DNA of 64,000 nt from Candidatus Dormiibacterota bacterium (GTDB lineage: Bacteria > Chloroflexota > Dormibacteria > CF-121), in the NCBI GenBank assembly GCA_035936995.1, contig DASYVR010000002.1, positions 5,311 to 69,310 on the forward strand. Reading direction: 5' to 3'. Shown piece after piece: positions 28,210 to 37,630 of the stretch (position 1 is the first letter of the stretch; each line of letters starts with the position of its first letter). The notes under the pieces are model-generated. The model saw nothing but the letters and a program-made list of their open reading frames with translations, was not told the DNA's origin and did not search any database. The translations under genes were made by a program, and so were the position numbers.

Positions 28210-28601
28210 CGGTCAGGGTGGGGGCGATCCTGGCTCGCGAACGCGAGGATTAGCGCGAGGATCCCAAGAATACCCCCGACGAGTGGTCGCGATCCGCCGA
28301 CGCCGGCCTTTAGGTGGATCGCGGCTAGACCGACGTTGCCGACGGCGACCAACCCCGCCAGCCCGAGCGTCGCCGAGCGCGCCCCGGGTCGCTCGCCTCG
28401 TGTATAGCGCGCTGTTGCAACCGCGAGGAGTGCCGCCCAAAGGGCCAGCCCGACGACCGTACCGGCCGCACGGCCTGGCGCGTCATTGAACATCGCGGTC
28501 CGGGTTGCAAGGAATTCTCCGACGTCGGCCGTCCCCGCGAGGCAGACGGCGATCAGGCCCACGAGTGCGCCTTTCGTCGACCGACGGACGATCGAAGTCA
28601 C
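28206..28601 (-). CDS. Hypothetical membrane protein (about 4 TM)
   Basis: Hydrophobic helices; GTG start just after the FmdB-type gene. Confidence 0.6.
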   Translation of the reverse strand: MTSIVRRSTKGALVGLIAVCLAGTADVGEFLATRTAMFNDAPGRAAGTVVGLALWAALLAVATARYTRGERPGARSATLGLAGLVAVGNVGLAAIHLKAGVGGSRPLVGGILGILALILAFASQDRPHPDR

Positions 28602-28612
28602 GCTTCGGGACT

Positions 28613-28774
28613 TTAGTAGGAACGGGGCGGAGCCGCGGAGAAGAGCGAGATAGCCTGCTTCACCTCTGTACTGCCGCACTTCGGACAGGCGTGCTCTTTT
28701 TCACGCTCCGCGTAACTTCCCATCACTTCGAATAGATCGCCGCACTTCGAGCACTTGAACTCATAGACTGGCAC
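28613..28774 (-). CDS. FmdB-family zinc ribbon protein (not in the ORF track)
   Basis: MPVYEFKCSKCGDLFEV...CPKCGSTEV; AGGAGG RBS, GTG start. Confidence 0.9.
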   Translation of the reverse strand: MPVYEFKCSKCGDLFEVMGSYAEREKEHACPKCGSTEVKQAISLFSAAPPRSY

Positions 28775-28887
28775 GGGTTCGTCCTCCTGAATCCGACGGT
28801 TCCGGCGGCTGAATCAGACGTTAGACCGCGAACCTGCCGGCGTCAACCCCGGCCACGGGCCCGGGCTCCGCACCGCCCGGACTTGAT

Positions 28888-29155
28888 GACCGCGCACCCC
28901 TTCTCGTTGTAACGCCGCCCGGGCACGCAACGCCGACCACTCAGGCCCGGTGGGCTGCGGCGCCCCCGGCACCCCGCTTACTGCTGCTTCCTTCCGGACC
29001 TGACAGGGTTCACGGAACCAGGTCGCGCAGGACCAGGCCATCAACGCAGTCGCACGAAACACGACTCCAGACAGCGCACCCCTCAAAGGGGAATTCGACC
29101 CCGCTAAAGCGGATTGCGGGTACAGGGCACCGCTAGCTCCCCGTCTAGCGCGATC
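28888..29155 (-). ncRNA. ffs: Signal recognition particle RNA, large (Alu-containing) bacterial type
   Basis: Helix 8 CCUGUCAGGUCCGGAAGGAAGCAGC; Alu domain GGGGAGCUAGCGGUGCCCUGUACCCGCAAUCCGC; paired ends; TAGAAT -10 at 29162-29167. Confidence 0.95.
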
Positions 29156-29270
29156 GCGTCTATTCTACCCGTGCAGCCGTCGACCACTTCGGCGCCAGAG
29201 GTCGTGAAGGTAGCCCGTCACGGCGTCCAGCACGGTCTCGATCAGTCCGATTAAGAAGTCCACCATCTCT

Positions 29271-29747
29271 TCAGGCTTGCGGCTCACGCGGCGGTCGGAA
29301 TCGTAACAGGGACCAGGCGCCCAGCCATCCGATCATCGCCCCAAACGCCATCGCCAGCGCCAGGTCCAGCCCGAGGCTGATCACCAGCGTGCCGACATCC
29401 GACGCCTGCCGCTGCTCGATCGGACTCAGGCGATTGAAGGCGGCCTGACCGGCGGGCAGATAGGAAAGGATGACCGCCGCCAGCACGGTGCGAAACACCT
29501 CACTGATCCCGCCCGCGATGGCGCCCATCACCGCCCCTGGGCTGGTGGCCCGGGTCGACGCGGCCAGCTTGCGACCGGCGCCGCCGACGATCAGCAGACC
29601 CAGGGCGGACGTCACGAAATCCGAGAACACCGTCGGCGTCACGTCGTTGGTGGCAAAGACCGCCACCAGGCGGACCAGCAGCGCGAACACACCGGCGATC
29701 ACGCCGAACACCAGCCCTTCTCGAAGCACGAGCCCGACGCGCAACAC
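29271..29747 (-). CDS. Hypothetical membrane protein
   Basis: About 4 TM; GTG start overlaps the upstream TAG. Confidence 0.65.
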   Translation of the reverse strand: MLRVGLVLREGLVFGVIAGVFALLVRLVAVFATNDVTPTVFSDFVTSALGLLIVGGAGRKLAASTRATSPGAVMGAIAGGISEVFRTVLAAVILSYLPAGQAAFNRLSPIEQRQASDVGTLVISLGLDLALAMAFGAMIGWLGAWSLLRFRPPREPQA

Positions 29748-30574
29748 TAATTGACCCGGCCGATCAGCTGGCCTCGCAGCTGTTTCACACGCGCCGCATC
29801 CTCGGGCTCCGGGCGGACGGCGAGGTACCGGGTGAAATCCCTCAACGCATCGGCGTCGTGATGCATCTGAAAATGGATCAGGCCGCGGTCCCGCCACTCC
29901 GAGGTCAGGTGCGGGTCGGTCAGCATGATGCGGTCGCTGGCGCTGAGCGCACGGGCCAGGTCGCCACGCGACAGGTACAGGCCCTTCAGGTTATTGAGGA
30001 CGCGGGCGAGGATCTGGCGTTTCGTCGACGGCTCGAGCAGCGCCGGCCGCATCTTGACCGTGCCACCGTACATAGCCTCCAGCATCTTCGCGCATTCCTC
30101 GCGCGTCAGTGTCCGGCCGTTGAAGGCGTCGACGAAAATCTCGCCGGACGACGCGGGCGCGTACTTGACCAGAAAATGGCCGGGCATGCCGACCCCGCGC
30201 ACCGGCAGGCCGGCCCTCTCCCCCACCACCACGTACAGCACCGCCAGCGTGATCGGGATTCCGACCCGCCGATCGAGGACCTCATTGAGGAAGCTGTTCC
30301 GCGGATCGTAGTACTCCTCGCGGTTCCCCTTGAAGTGCAATTCCTCGAAGAGGTAGGCATTCGCCCGCTCGACCACGCGACCGGGTTCGACTTCGGCGCG
30401 GATCCGTTGCTTCAGCTCGGTGCCCATGCGGGCGAGTTGATTGAGGTACGCCGACGGGCGAAGCTCGGGGTACTCCTCGGCCGCGATCAGGAGGGCGGCC
30501 TCAGCCAGATCCAGGTCTTTCTCCGGCGTCTGCAGCAGGCGCGTCAACGCGTCGCGTGCTTCAGCCGGCGTCAT
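29747..30574 (-). CDS. SirB1-like transglutaminase-like/TPR protein
   Basis: YYDPRNSFLNEVLDRRVGIPITL and GMPGHF motifs; C-terminal TPR. Confidence 0.9.
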   Translation of the reverse strand: MTPAEARDALTRLLQTPEKDLDLAEAALLIAAEEYPELRPSAYLNQLARMGTELKQRIRAEVEPGRVVERANAYLFEELHFKGNREEYYDPRNSFLNEVLDRRVGIPITLAVLYVVVGERAGLPVRGVGMPGHFLVKYAPASSGEIFVDAFNGRTLTREECAKMLEAMYGGTVKMRPALLEPSTKRQILARVLNNLKGLYLSRGDLARALSASDRIMLTDPHLTSEWRDRGLIHFQMHHDADALRDFTRYLAVRPEPEDAARVKQLRGQLIGRVN

Positions 30575-30610
30575 GCTTACATAGTCTAGGGGGGAACTTT
30601 CCGCTGGTCC

Positions 30611-31204
30611 GTGCGTCGTCAGATTGTGCGGCCCGGACTGTCACTGATCGTCGCTGCCCTCCTGCTCGCCGGATGCGGCGGCGCGGCCGCGAGTCCGCCG
30701 ACTCCGTCCGCGACGGCGACCGCCACCCCGCTCAGTCAACCCTTCCGGTTGTTCACGCACTGCGGCATCGTCACGACCTACTTTGCCGGTCGTACCTTCT
30801 ACCTCGAGGAACTCGATCCGGCGCGTGTTCCGTACCTTGGAAACCCCGAAGCACCGGGCGTCATGATGCTCGTCTCACCGCACGTCGCCGAGTTCGCGGA
30901 CCCGGCCGGCCACCGCATCCGGTTCGTCGACGAATTGCCTGGCGCTCTGAATACGCCGTACCCGTTCGCCGTCCATGTCCTGAGTGGCGGCAATCGGATC
31001 ATCGACGAGCCGTTCGCCGGCCGCCACTGGCATACCGCTGAAACCCTGCCCGGCATCGTCGGTCCGCCCTACGGCAATGGCCTCGATCGCTTTACAGTCG
31101 TCCCGGGCACCTTCACCATCCTGGACGCGGAGGACGCCGTCTTCCGCAGCGACGCTGGAGCCGTCGTACACTTCACGGCCCTGCCCCTCGCAGGCTGCGA
31201 CTGA
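30611..31204 (+). CDS. Hypothetical lipoprotein with an internal duplication
   Basis: Lipobox LLAGC; two 'FAGR...PG......A.F....G..V.F' repeats. Confidence 0.7.
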   Translation: MRRQIVRPGLSLIVAALLLAGCGGAAASPPTPSATATATPLSQPFRLFTHCGIVTTYFAGRTFYLEELDPARVPYLGNPEAPGVMMLVSPHVAEFADPAGHRIRFVDELPGALNTPYPFAVHVLSGGNRIIDEPFAGRHWHTAETLPGIVGPPYGNGLDRFTVVPGTFTILDAEDAVFRSDAGAVVHFTALPLAGCD

Positions 31205-31241
31205 CCCCTGACCCGTTAAGCTCGCCGGAGGGAGAGGTGAC

Positions 31242-31616
31242 GTGATCGACGAAAAGCGGCGAGGCAGGCGATTCCGTCCGTGGCGTGGAGGGACAAGTGG
31301 CTGCGGTTGTGCCAGCGTTCTGGTGGTGTTGACCGTGGGACTCCTCTTGAGCCTTTTCAATGCGGCGATTGGCGTGGGAGCCTCGGTGCGCATCCCATTT
31401 ACCGCCAGTAACCTGACCATTGCCGGCTCGGTCGGCACCAAACAGAAGTCGCCGCAGGCGCTCCCCCGATACACCATAGGACGGCTTGGCGGAAACCAGA
31501 ACTTCATCAACCACTCGACAACGATGACCATTGGGCCGGCCGAAGGGGCGGTCCTGATCGTGCTGGGCAAACAGGATGGCGCTCCCATCATCGATGTCTT
31601 CCTCGAAGCGCGGTAG
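31242..31616 (+). CDS. Hypothetical membrane-anchored protein
   Basis: GAGG RBS; GCGC followed by a TM segment. Confidence 0.6.
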   Translation: MIDEKRRGRRFRPWRGGTSGCGCASVLVVLTVGLLLSLFNAAIGVGASVRIPFTASNLTIAGSVGTKQKSPQALPRYTIGRLGGNQNFINHSTTMTIGPAEGAVLIVLGKQDGAPIIDVFLEAR

Positions 31617-31636
31617 CACCTCCGGGTGACTCAGGC

Positions 31637-33343
31637 CTAAGCCGCCTGTAGTCGAGCGGACGTCCTTGACCATTTCGACAGCCAGCCTTCGACCTCGCCC
31701 GCGGGCATCGGGCGGCTGAGGAAATAGCCCTGCGCCGTGGAGCAGCCCAGGCGCCTCAGACTCTGCCAGGTGGGCTCGTCCTCAACGCCCTCCGCCACGA
31801 CGTTCAGGCGGAGGCTGCTGGCCAGCTCGATGGTCGCCCGAACGATCGCTTCGCTTCCAGCATTCGTCGACAGCTCCCCGACGAACGAGCGGTCGATCTT
31901 GATCTCCTCGACCGGCAGCCGCTGCAGGTACGCCAGCGAGGAATATCCGGTGCCGAAGTCGTCGATCGAGAAGCCAAAACCTTGCGCACGCAACTGATTC
32001 ATGGTCTCCAGCACCCGAGCTGGCTCCGTCATCAGGGCGCTCTCCGTGATTTCCAGCTTCATCTTTCGTGCCTCGGCGCCCGTGGCGCCGACGACCTCCT
32101 TGAGGCTGTTCGGAAATCGCGGATCCAGCAGGTTACGCATCGAAACGTTGACTGCAACCGGAATGGAGATGCCAGACGCCTGCCAGTCGACCATCTGGCG
32201 AGCGGCCACCTCGATCAGGCAGGCGGTCAGCGGCTTGATCAAACCCATCCGCTCGGCCACCGGGATGAACTCGGCCGGCGGGATCCAGCCCCGCTGGCCA
32301 TGACGCCAGCGAGCAAGTGCTTCCAACCCGGTCACCGCACCCGTGGCCATGGCGACTTGTGGCTGGTAGTAGAGGATGATCTCTCGCATCAAGATCGCCC
32401 GACGCAGGTCGGCTTGGAGCACCAGGCGGCTTGGGTCGTACGGGTCGTCCTCGGGACGGTATAGCGCGTAGCTATTGCCGGAACGTTTCGCCACGTACAT
32501 GGCCACGTCCGCGCGCTGAAGCAGCGTCTCGGCGTTTGCGCCGTGTTGCGGAAAAACAGCGATGCCGATACTGGCCATCACCTCGAGCGGGTGGCCATCG
32601 ACCACGAACGGCTGCTCGACGCGTAGCACGGCATCGGCGACCTTGATTGCACGGTCGGCGTCGGCATCCCGAAGCAGGATGCAAAACTCATCGCCGCCGA
32701 GTCGGGCAATGAGGTCGTCGGCGTCAAGCTGGTTCCGCAAACGCGGACCAACCTGGCCCAAAAGGCCATCGCCGATCTGGTGTCCGAAGGTGTCGTTGAT
32801 CTCCTTGAAGTTGTCGATATCGAGCAGGAGAAGGGCGACGCTGGGCCGTTCGACGAGGGCCTGCTCGACCTGCTGATGGAACATCAGCCGGTTGGGAAGA
32901 TTGGTCAAGCCATCGTGCAGTGCCTGGTGTTCCAGCGCCCGCTGCCCCTCCCTCTGCCGGCGCCGCAACTTGGACTGCTCGAGCGCGTTTTGAACCGCCG
33001 TGCCGAGCCGCGCCAGCCGGTCCTTGAGGACGTAGTCCACTGCCCCCAGGCGCACGGCAGCGACGGCAAGGTCCTCGCCGATAGCGCCGGAGACAATGAT
33101 GAACGGGATCTCCAGCCCGGCCTCCTGCATGAGCTTGAGCGCCCGAAGCGCGTCGAACTGCGGCTGGTGGTAGTCGGCGATGATCAGGTCGAGCTCAGGG
33201 TTGATGTTGGCTTTGAAGCCTGCTTCGTCCTCGACCCTCTTCCAGGTGGGATCGAAGCCGGCCCGGCGGAGTTGGCGCAGCGCTAGGTCCGCGTCCTCGG
33301 GCTGGTCCTCCAGGACCAGCAGATGTAGGGGGCGTCCGCTCAT
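31637..33343 (-). CDS. REC-GGDEF-EAL c-di-GMP enzyme
   Basis: Receiver domain, RLGGDEF, EAL and DDFGTGYSS motifs all intact. Confidence 0.93.
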   Translation of the reverse strand: MSGRPLHLLVLEDQPEDADLALRQLRRAGFDPTWKRVEDEAGFKANINPELDLIIADYHQPQFDALRALKLMQEAGLEIPFIIVSGAIGEDLAVAAVRLGAVDYVLKDRLARLGTAVQNALEQSKLRRRQREGQRALEHQALHDGLTNLPNRLMFHQQVEQALVERPSVALLLLDIDNFKEINDTFGHQIGDGLLGQVGPRLRNQLDADDLIARLGGDEFCILLRDADADRAIKVADAVLRVEQPFVVDGHPLEVMASIGIAVFPQHGANAETLLQRADVAMYVAKRSGNSYALYRPEDDPYDPSRLVLQADLRRAILMREIILYYQPQVAMATGAVTGLEALARWRHGQRGWIPPAEFIPVAERMGLIKPLTACLIEVAARQMVDWQASGISIPVAVNVSMRNLLDPRFPNSLKEVVGATGAEARKMKLEITESALMTEPARVLETMNQLRAQGFGFSIDDFGTGYSSLAYLQRLPVEEIKIDRSFVGELSTNAGSEAIVRATIELASSLRLNVVAEGVEDEPTWQSLRRLGCSTAQGYFLSRPMPAGEVEGWLSKWSRTSARLQAA

Positions 33344-33407
33344 GGGGGTCAACCCAATGCAACGCAGGGACGGGCAATTAGTTGTAGGCGGTTGCAGTTC
33401 TACCAGC

Positions 33408-35249
33408 GTGACTGCCAACGCCGTCGTCGCCCTGCTGGGCGTCGCAGCCACGCTTGCGTTTATCGTGATCGCCGCGCTGACGATCCGCGACTGGCTCGCG
33501 ACGAGAGACACCAGCCGGATGTACCTGGCGCTGGCAATCGGCTGCCTGGCCGCCGTTTCCGTCCTCGGGCAGGCAGCCAAGTTCCTCGGCGCCTGGTTTG
33601 TCAGCCTGAATTCGGTTCTCACGACCGTGATCTTCCTCGGCTCCGGCCTCGCCCTGCTGCTCTTCCGGGACAACGTCATCCCGCTGGCTCGGTATACCCG
33701 ACGGCTGGTCATCGGCGCTGTCGCCGCGACGGCTGTGCTGGACATCACGATCCAGTTGGCCGGCGGCAAGGCCGCGCCGGGGCCAATCCAACTTCTCGCC
33801 CTGGTTGCATTAGTGGCCGTTTGGAGCGGCTGCGTGGGCGAGCCGAGTGTCCGCCTCTGGCTGGCAGCCCGCCAACGAACAGCGGTCCAGCGAGCGAGGA
33901 TGCGGGCGCTCAGTCTCGGCTACATCGGGATCATCGCCATCCTGTTGGCCGCGGTCTTTGCCGGATCGTTCGGGTCCACGCCCGGCGTGCGCATCGCGAT
34001 CGCGCTCGCCAGCCTTGCGATCGTCCCATTCCTGTATGCGGGTTTCGTGCCGCCCACCTGGCTCCGCCGCGTCTGGCGCGAGGGCGAAGAGAGCAAGTTT
34101 CGCCAGGCCACCCATGACATCCTGCTGTTCGCTTCCGACCGCGCAACCCTCGCGACCCGCGCGCTCGACTGGGCGGTGCGCCTCAGCGGTGCCGACTCGG
34201 GATTCTTTCGCTCAACGGGCACGATCATTTCAACGCGTGGGATGACGGCGGACGAGGCGAGGGCGCTCGAGTCGATCATCAGCGCGGCCGCCGGCCGCCA
34301 TATCGTGGCCCTCGGCGGGAGGCCGCCGAAGAGCGCGATCATCGCCCGACTCCCTGGAGCCGATGCGGCGATCGTTCTTGTAGGCGGTCCCTTCACGCCG
34401 GTCTTCGGTACGGACGAAGAGGCGTGGATGCAGCACTACGCGGCGCTCGTGAGCACCGGGCTCGACCGCGTACGGCTCGTGGGCGAACTGGAGACGAAGG
34501 TCGCCGAGGTCACCGAGCGGACTCGTCAGCTCGAGGCGGCCAACCAGGAGCTCGAGGCCTTCTCCTACTCGGTGTCGCATGACCTCCGAGCGCCGCTGCG
34601 GGCCATCAGTGGCTACACCGCCATCCTGCTGGAGGACTACAGCAGCGCGCTTCCTGAGGAAGGCCTGGGGTACTTGGATCGGGTCAAGCAGAACGGTGAC
34701 CGCATGGGCCACCTGATCGATGACCTTCTCAACTTCTCCCGCCTCGGCCGGCAGGCCCTCCGCGTCCAACGGGTGCGCACGCGGGCGGTACTCGACCGCG
34801 CCCTCGCCCAGCTGGAGCCCGCCATTGCCCGCCACCAGGTCGACCTCGTCGTGGGTGACCTCCCCGACTGCGATTCGGATCCGGATCTCCTGGAGCAGGT
34901 GTTCATCAACCTGCTCAGTAACGCGTTCAAATATTCGGGGAAACGCGAGGGCGCGCGCGTCGAGGTTGGCGCACGGGCAGACGACGCCAGCTCGAGCCCG
35001 GTCTTCTTCGTCAGGGACAATGGCGCGGGATTCGACATGCGCTACGTCGACAAGCTCTTCGGTGTTTTCCAACGGCTGCATCGCCGCGAGGACTATGAGG
35101 GCACCGGCGTGGGACTTGCCATCGTCCAGCGGATTGTGGCGCGCCACGGAGGCCGCGTCTGGGCCGAAGCAAAGGTTGACCAGGGCGCGACGTTCTACTT
35201 CACATTGAGCAAAGGAGGCGCGGAATGGCAGCAATCGAAGGCGGCGTAG
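33408..35249 (+). CDS. Membrane sensor histidine kinase with a Cph1-like transmitter
   Basis: About 7 TM; [18 protein letters not shown] and FQRLH...GTGVGL; start uncertain. Confidence 0.9.
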   Translation: MTANAVVALLGVAATLAFIVIAALTIRDWLATRDTSRMYLALAIGCLAAVSVLGQAAKFLGAWFVSLNSVLTTVIFLGSGLALLLFRDNVIPLARYTRRLVIGAVAATAVLDITIQLAGGKAAPGPIQLLALVALVAVWSGCVGEPSVRLWLAARQRTAVQRARMRALSLGYIGIIAILLAAVFAGSFGSTPGVRIAIALASLAIVPFLYAGFVPPTWLRRVWREGEESKFRQATHDILLFASDRATLATRALDWAVRLSGADSGFFRSTGTIISTRGMTADEARALESIISAAAGRHIVALGGRPPKSAIIARLPGADAAIVLVGGPFTPVFGTDEEAWMQHYAALVSTGLDRVRLVGELETKVAEVTERTRQLEAANQELEAFSYSVSHDLRAPLRAISGYTAILLEDYSSALPEEGLGYLDRVKQNGDRMGHLIDDLLNFSRLGRQALRVQRVRTRAVLDRALAQLEPAIARHQVDLVVGDLPDCDSDPDLLEQVFINLLSNAFKYSGKREGARVEVGARADDASSSPVFFVRDNGAGFDMRYVDKLFGVFQRLHRREDYEGTGVGLAIVQRIVARHGGRVWAEAKVDQGATFYFTLSKGGAEWQQSKAA

Positions 35250-35677
35250 ACATCCTCATGGTCGAGGACAATCCTGACGACGAAAAGCTCACGCTTCGCG
35301 CACTCCGCAAATATCAGCTCACCAACCGGATCCATGTGGTTCGAGACGGCCAGGAGGCGCTCGACTATGTCTTCTGCACCGGCGCCTACGCGGACCGCGA
35401 CATCATCGACCGTCCGCATGTGATCCTGCTCGACATCAAGCTGCCGCTGATCGACGGCCTCGAGGTCCTCCGCCGGATCAAGGAGGACTACCGCACCAGG
35501 ACGATCCCGGTCGTCATGCTCACCTCCTCCCGCGAGGAGCGCGACCTGGTCGAGAGCTATCGCCTTGGCGTGAACAGCTACATCGTCAAGCCAGTGGACT
35601 TCGATCAGTTCACGGAATCCGCCCGGACGCTGGGGATGTATTGGCTGCTGATGAACCGTCCGCCAAAAGCAGCCTAG
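35225..35677 (+). CDS. Single-domain response regulator (Rcp1-like)
   Basis: [25 protein letters not shown]. Confidence 0.93.
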   Translation: MAAIEGGVDILMVEDNPDDEKLTLRALRKYQLTNRIHVVRDGQEALDYVFCTGAYADRDIIDRPHVILLDIKLPLIDGLEVLRRIKEDYRTRTIPVVMLTSSREERDLVESYRLGVNSYIVKPVDFDQFTESARTLGMYWLLMNRPPKAA

Positions 35678-35755
35678 CTACTCGGCTGGGGCTGACCCCG
35701 GGTCAGCCCTGGACCCCGGACCAGGTCAGGCCAACACCGCTAGCCCCCTTGAGAC

Positions 35756-36076
35756 TCACATCGGGGTGCAAGAGCGTGATGCCCAGTTCCCGTCGACCAG
35801 GGCTAGATAGTTTTCGACCTGCACCATGAAGGAGGAGCTACCCGGCTGCGCGACGGCCGACGCGCCCACGATGGCGGGAATGACAACCCGGCGGATGATG
35901 CGCCCGTTGCTGGCATCGATCAGCTCGAGGTCGGTCTTGCTGCCGGCCAGGTTAACAACCCGGCGGAGAATCCGCGTCCCATCGGCGCTCAGTCCGGGAG
36001 TATCGGGGCTGGGCTCGGAGTCGAGCACCGGCACCGGGTGACCCGAGGGCATCTGGAGGACGACGCCAGGATGCAC
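35756..36076 (-). pseudogene. Possible fragment of a beta-propeller protein
   Basis: 'LSADG.RI...LELIDASNG' blade-like stretch, too short for a full propeller. Confidence 0.35.
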
Positions 36077-36133
36077 GACATCACAAAAGCCGCCTGACCG
36101 GTCAGCCTATCCTGAGCGGTGGGAAGGTTGACA

Positions 36134-36322
36134 ATGGACGCCCCGGAAACGCGGTACGCGAAAAGTGGCAGCTACCGCATCGCCTATCAGGTCTTCGGAG
36201 AAGGCACCTTCGACCTGGTCATCATCCCGGCCTTCGTGTCCCATGTCGAGATGTGGTGGGAGCAGCGGTTCGAGGCGACAATTGCTTTCCTAGCGCCGTG
36301 TCAAGAATCGCCGTCGTGCTAG
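36134..36322 (+). pseudogene. N-terminal fragment of an alpha/beta-hydrolase (type fused to adenylate cyclase or LuxR domains)
   Basis: PETRYAKSG...IAYQVFGEG..DLV...FVSHVE..WE, then abrupt loss of similarity. Confidence 0.7.
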
Positions 36323-36445
36323 CTCAAACGCAACGATCAGGACAACAGCCAGCAGCGTAGGTTTGATTGGGTCTACTCCCGGCAGAATCGTAGCTGCGAG
36401 GACGATGAGCAGCGCCCACACGAGAATCCTCTGCCAGGTCTTCAT
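36290..36445 (-). CDS. Small 51-aa two-TM membrane protein (not in the ORF track)
   Basis: MKTWQRILVWALLIVLAATILPGVDPIKPTLLAVVLIVAFELARRRFLTRR; ATGA overlap with the RidA stop. Confidence 0.55.
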   Translation of the reverse strand: MKTWQRILVWALLIVLAATILPGVDPIKPTLLAVVLIVAFELARRRFLTRR

Positions 36446-36846
36446 ATGACCGCGATCGCCTCGACCTCGACCAGGTAGCCGGGCTCGGCCAGCGCCTGGA
36501 CGCCGACGAGCGTGGACGCCGGCAGATCGACCGAACCGAAGACCGCCGTGCGCGCCTCTCCGATGACGGCTCGCAGCTCCGGCCGGTAGCCAACGACGTA
36601 CGTCGTCAGCTTGGTGACATCGGATGGACTCGCGCCGGCGCCGGCAAGCGCCTTTTGGAGGTTGGCGAACACCTGCCGCACCTGGCCGCCGAAATCGCCC
36701 GGAGCAACCAGGTGGCCGCTGGCGTCCATCGACACCTGCCCCGAGATGAACACCATGCGGCGGCCGCTCGCCACCACGACCTGACTGTAAAGCGCCGGCT
36801 TGAATAATCCGTCAGGCGCCAGGCGCGTATGTGCCACTCGGGACAT
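36442..36846 (-). CDS. RidA/YjgF family protein
   Basis: YSQ, ISGQ, PASTLVGV..LA...LVEVEAIA. Confidence 0.9.
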   Translation of the reverse strand: MSRVAHTRLAPDGLFKPALYSQVVVASGRRMVFISGQVSMDASGHLVAPGDFGGQVRQVFANLQKALAGAGASPSDVTKLTTYVVGYRPELRAVIGEARTAVFGSVDLPASTLVGVQALAEPGYLVEVEAIAVI

Positions 36847-37295
36847 GCTATATGGAGACGGTGAGGCTGACCGGGCACCGCCCGCTCGCCGTCGGGGGGC
36901 TGACTACACTCGTCTTGTTAGTTGCTATCGGTGGACTCCTGGTTTTCCAGGCGGTGAGGCCGCGGGTCTCGCAAGCCGACGCGACAGCGGCCGCGATGCG
37001 GCAGCTACGACAGATGGATCCAAGCGTCAGTGGTTTTGTCCTGGTATCGGCCCGCTATAATCCGGCGCCCGACAGGGTTTACGACGACCTCGGGAATTTG
37101 ATCTACTCCGAGTCGCGTTCCGCCTGCCTGGTTTGGCGTATTCAGCTTCCCGCTTGGGTGTGCCACGCTGATGCAGCCTGGGTGCTGCATCTCCGTGCTC
37201 CAGCCCAGGGGGGTTTTAGAAACCACGACGCCTACGTAATCGTGAACGCCCAAAGCGGGACGGTTTCCAGCTCCTCAAGCGCTTCAACCAACTAA
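36831..37295 (+). CDS. Hypothetical membrane-anchored protein (start probably near 36861)
   Basis: N-terminal TM; PepSY-like end 'W...YVIVNA.SG.V'. Confidence 0.55.
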   Translation: MPLGTCYMETVRLTGHRPLAVGGLTTLVLLVAIGGLLVFQAVRPRVSQADATAAAMRQLRQMDPSVSGFVLVSARYNPAPDRVYDDLGNLIYSESRSACLVWRIQLPAWVCHADAAWVLHLRAPAQGGFRNHDAYVIVNAQSGTVSSSSSASTN

Positions 37296-37299
37296 GTTC

Positions 37300-37596
37300 G
37301 TGACCCTGCCAGAACGCGTCTTTGTGATCGTGGTCGAGTCCGAGGCTGGCCGCGATCCCGAGCGGATGCCCTTGCTCAGTCAGATGGACACGGGCGGCAC
37401 TCGTCGCGCGCCGGCGTTCAGCAGCATGCTACTGGCGACCACCTTCCTCAGCCAGGCCCAGGCGTTGGGGTACTTCGTCAAGCTCGATTACGTCTTCCCG
37501 GCGGATGGGAGGCGCCTCAGCCAGGACTTTCCGGAGTACCAGGTCCAGCTGGACCCCAGTCCCCAGGCGTTTTTCGGCAGCGACCCGGCCGTTTAG
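37300..37596 (+). CDS. Hypothetical protein
   Basis: Fills the intergenic space with host-like codon usage. Confidence 0.55.
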   Translation: MTLPERVFVIVVESEAGRDPERMPLLSQMDTGGTRRAPAFSSMLLATTFLSQAQALGYFVKLDYVFPADGRRLSQDFPEYQVQLDPSPQAFFGSDPAV

Positions 37597-37630
37597 GCTG
37601 GCACAAGCTCGCCGCCCTCTGGGACGTTAC

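Noticed and set aside
28814-29086. 90-aa ORF
   Set aside because: Overlaps the SRP RNA for most of its length
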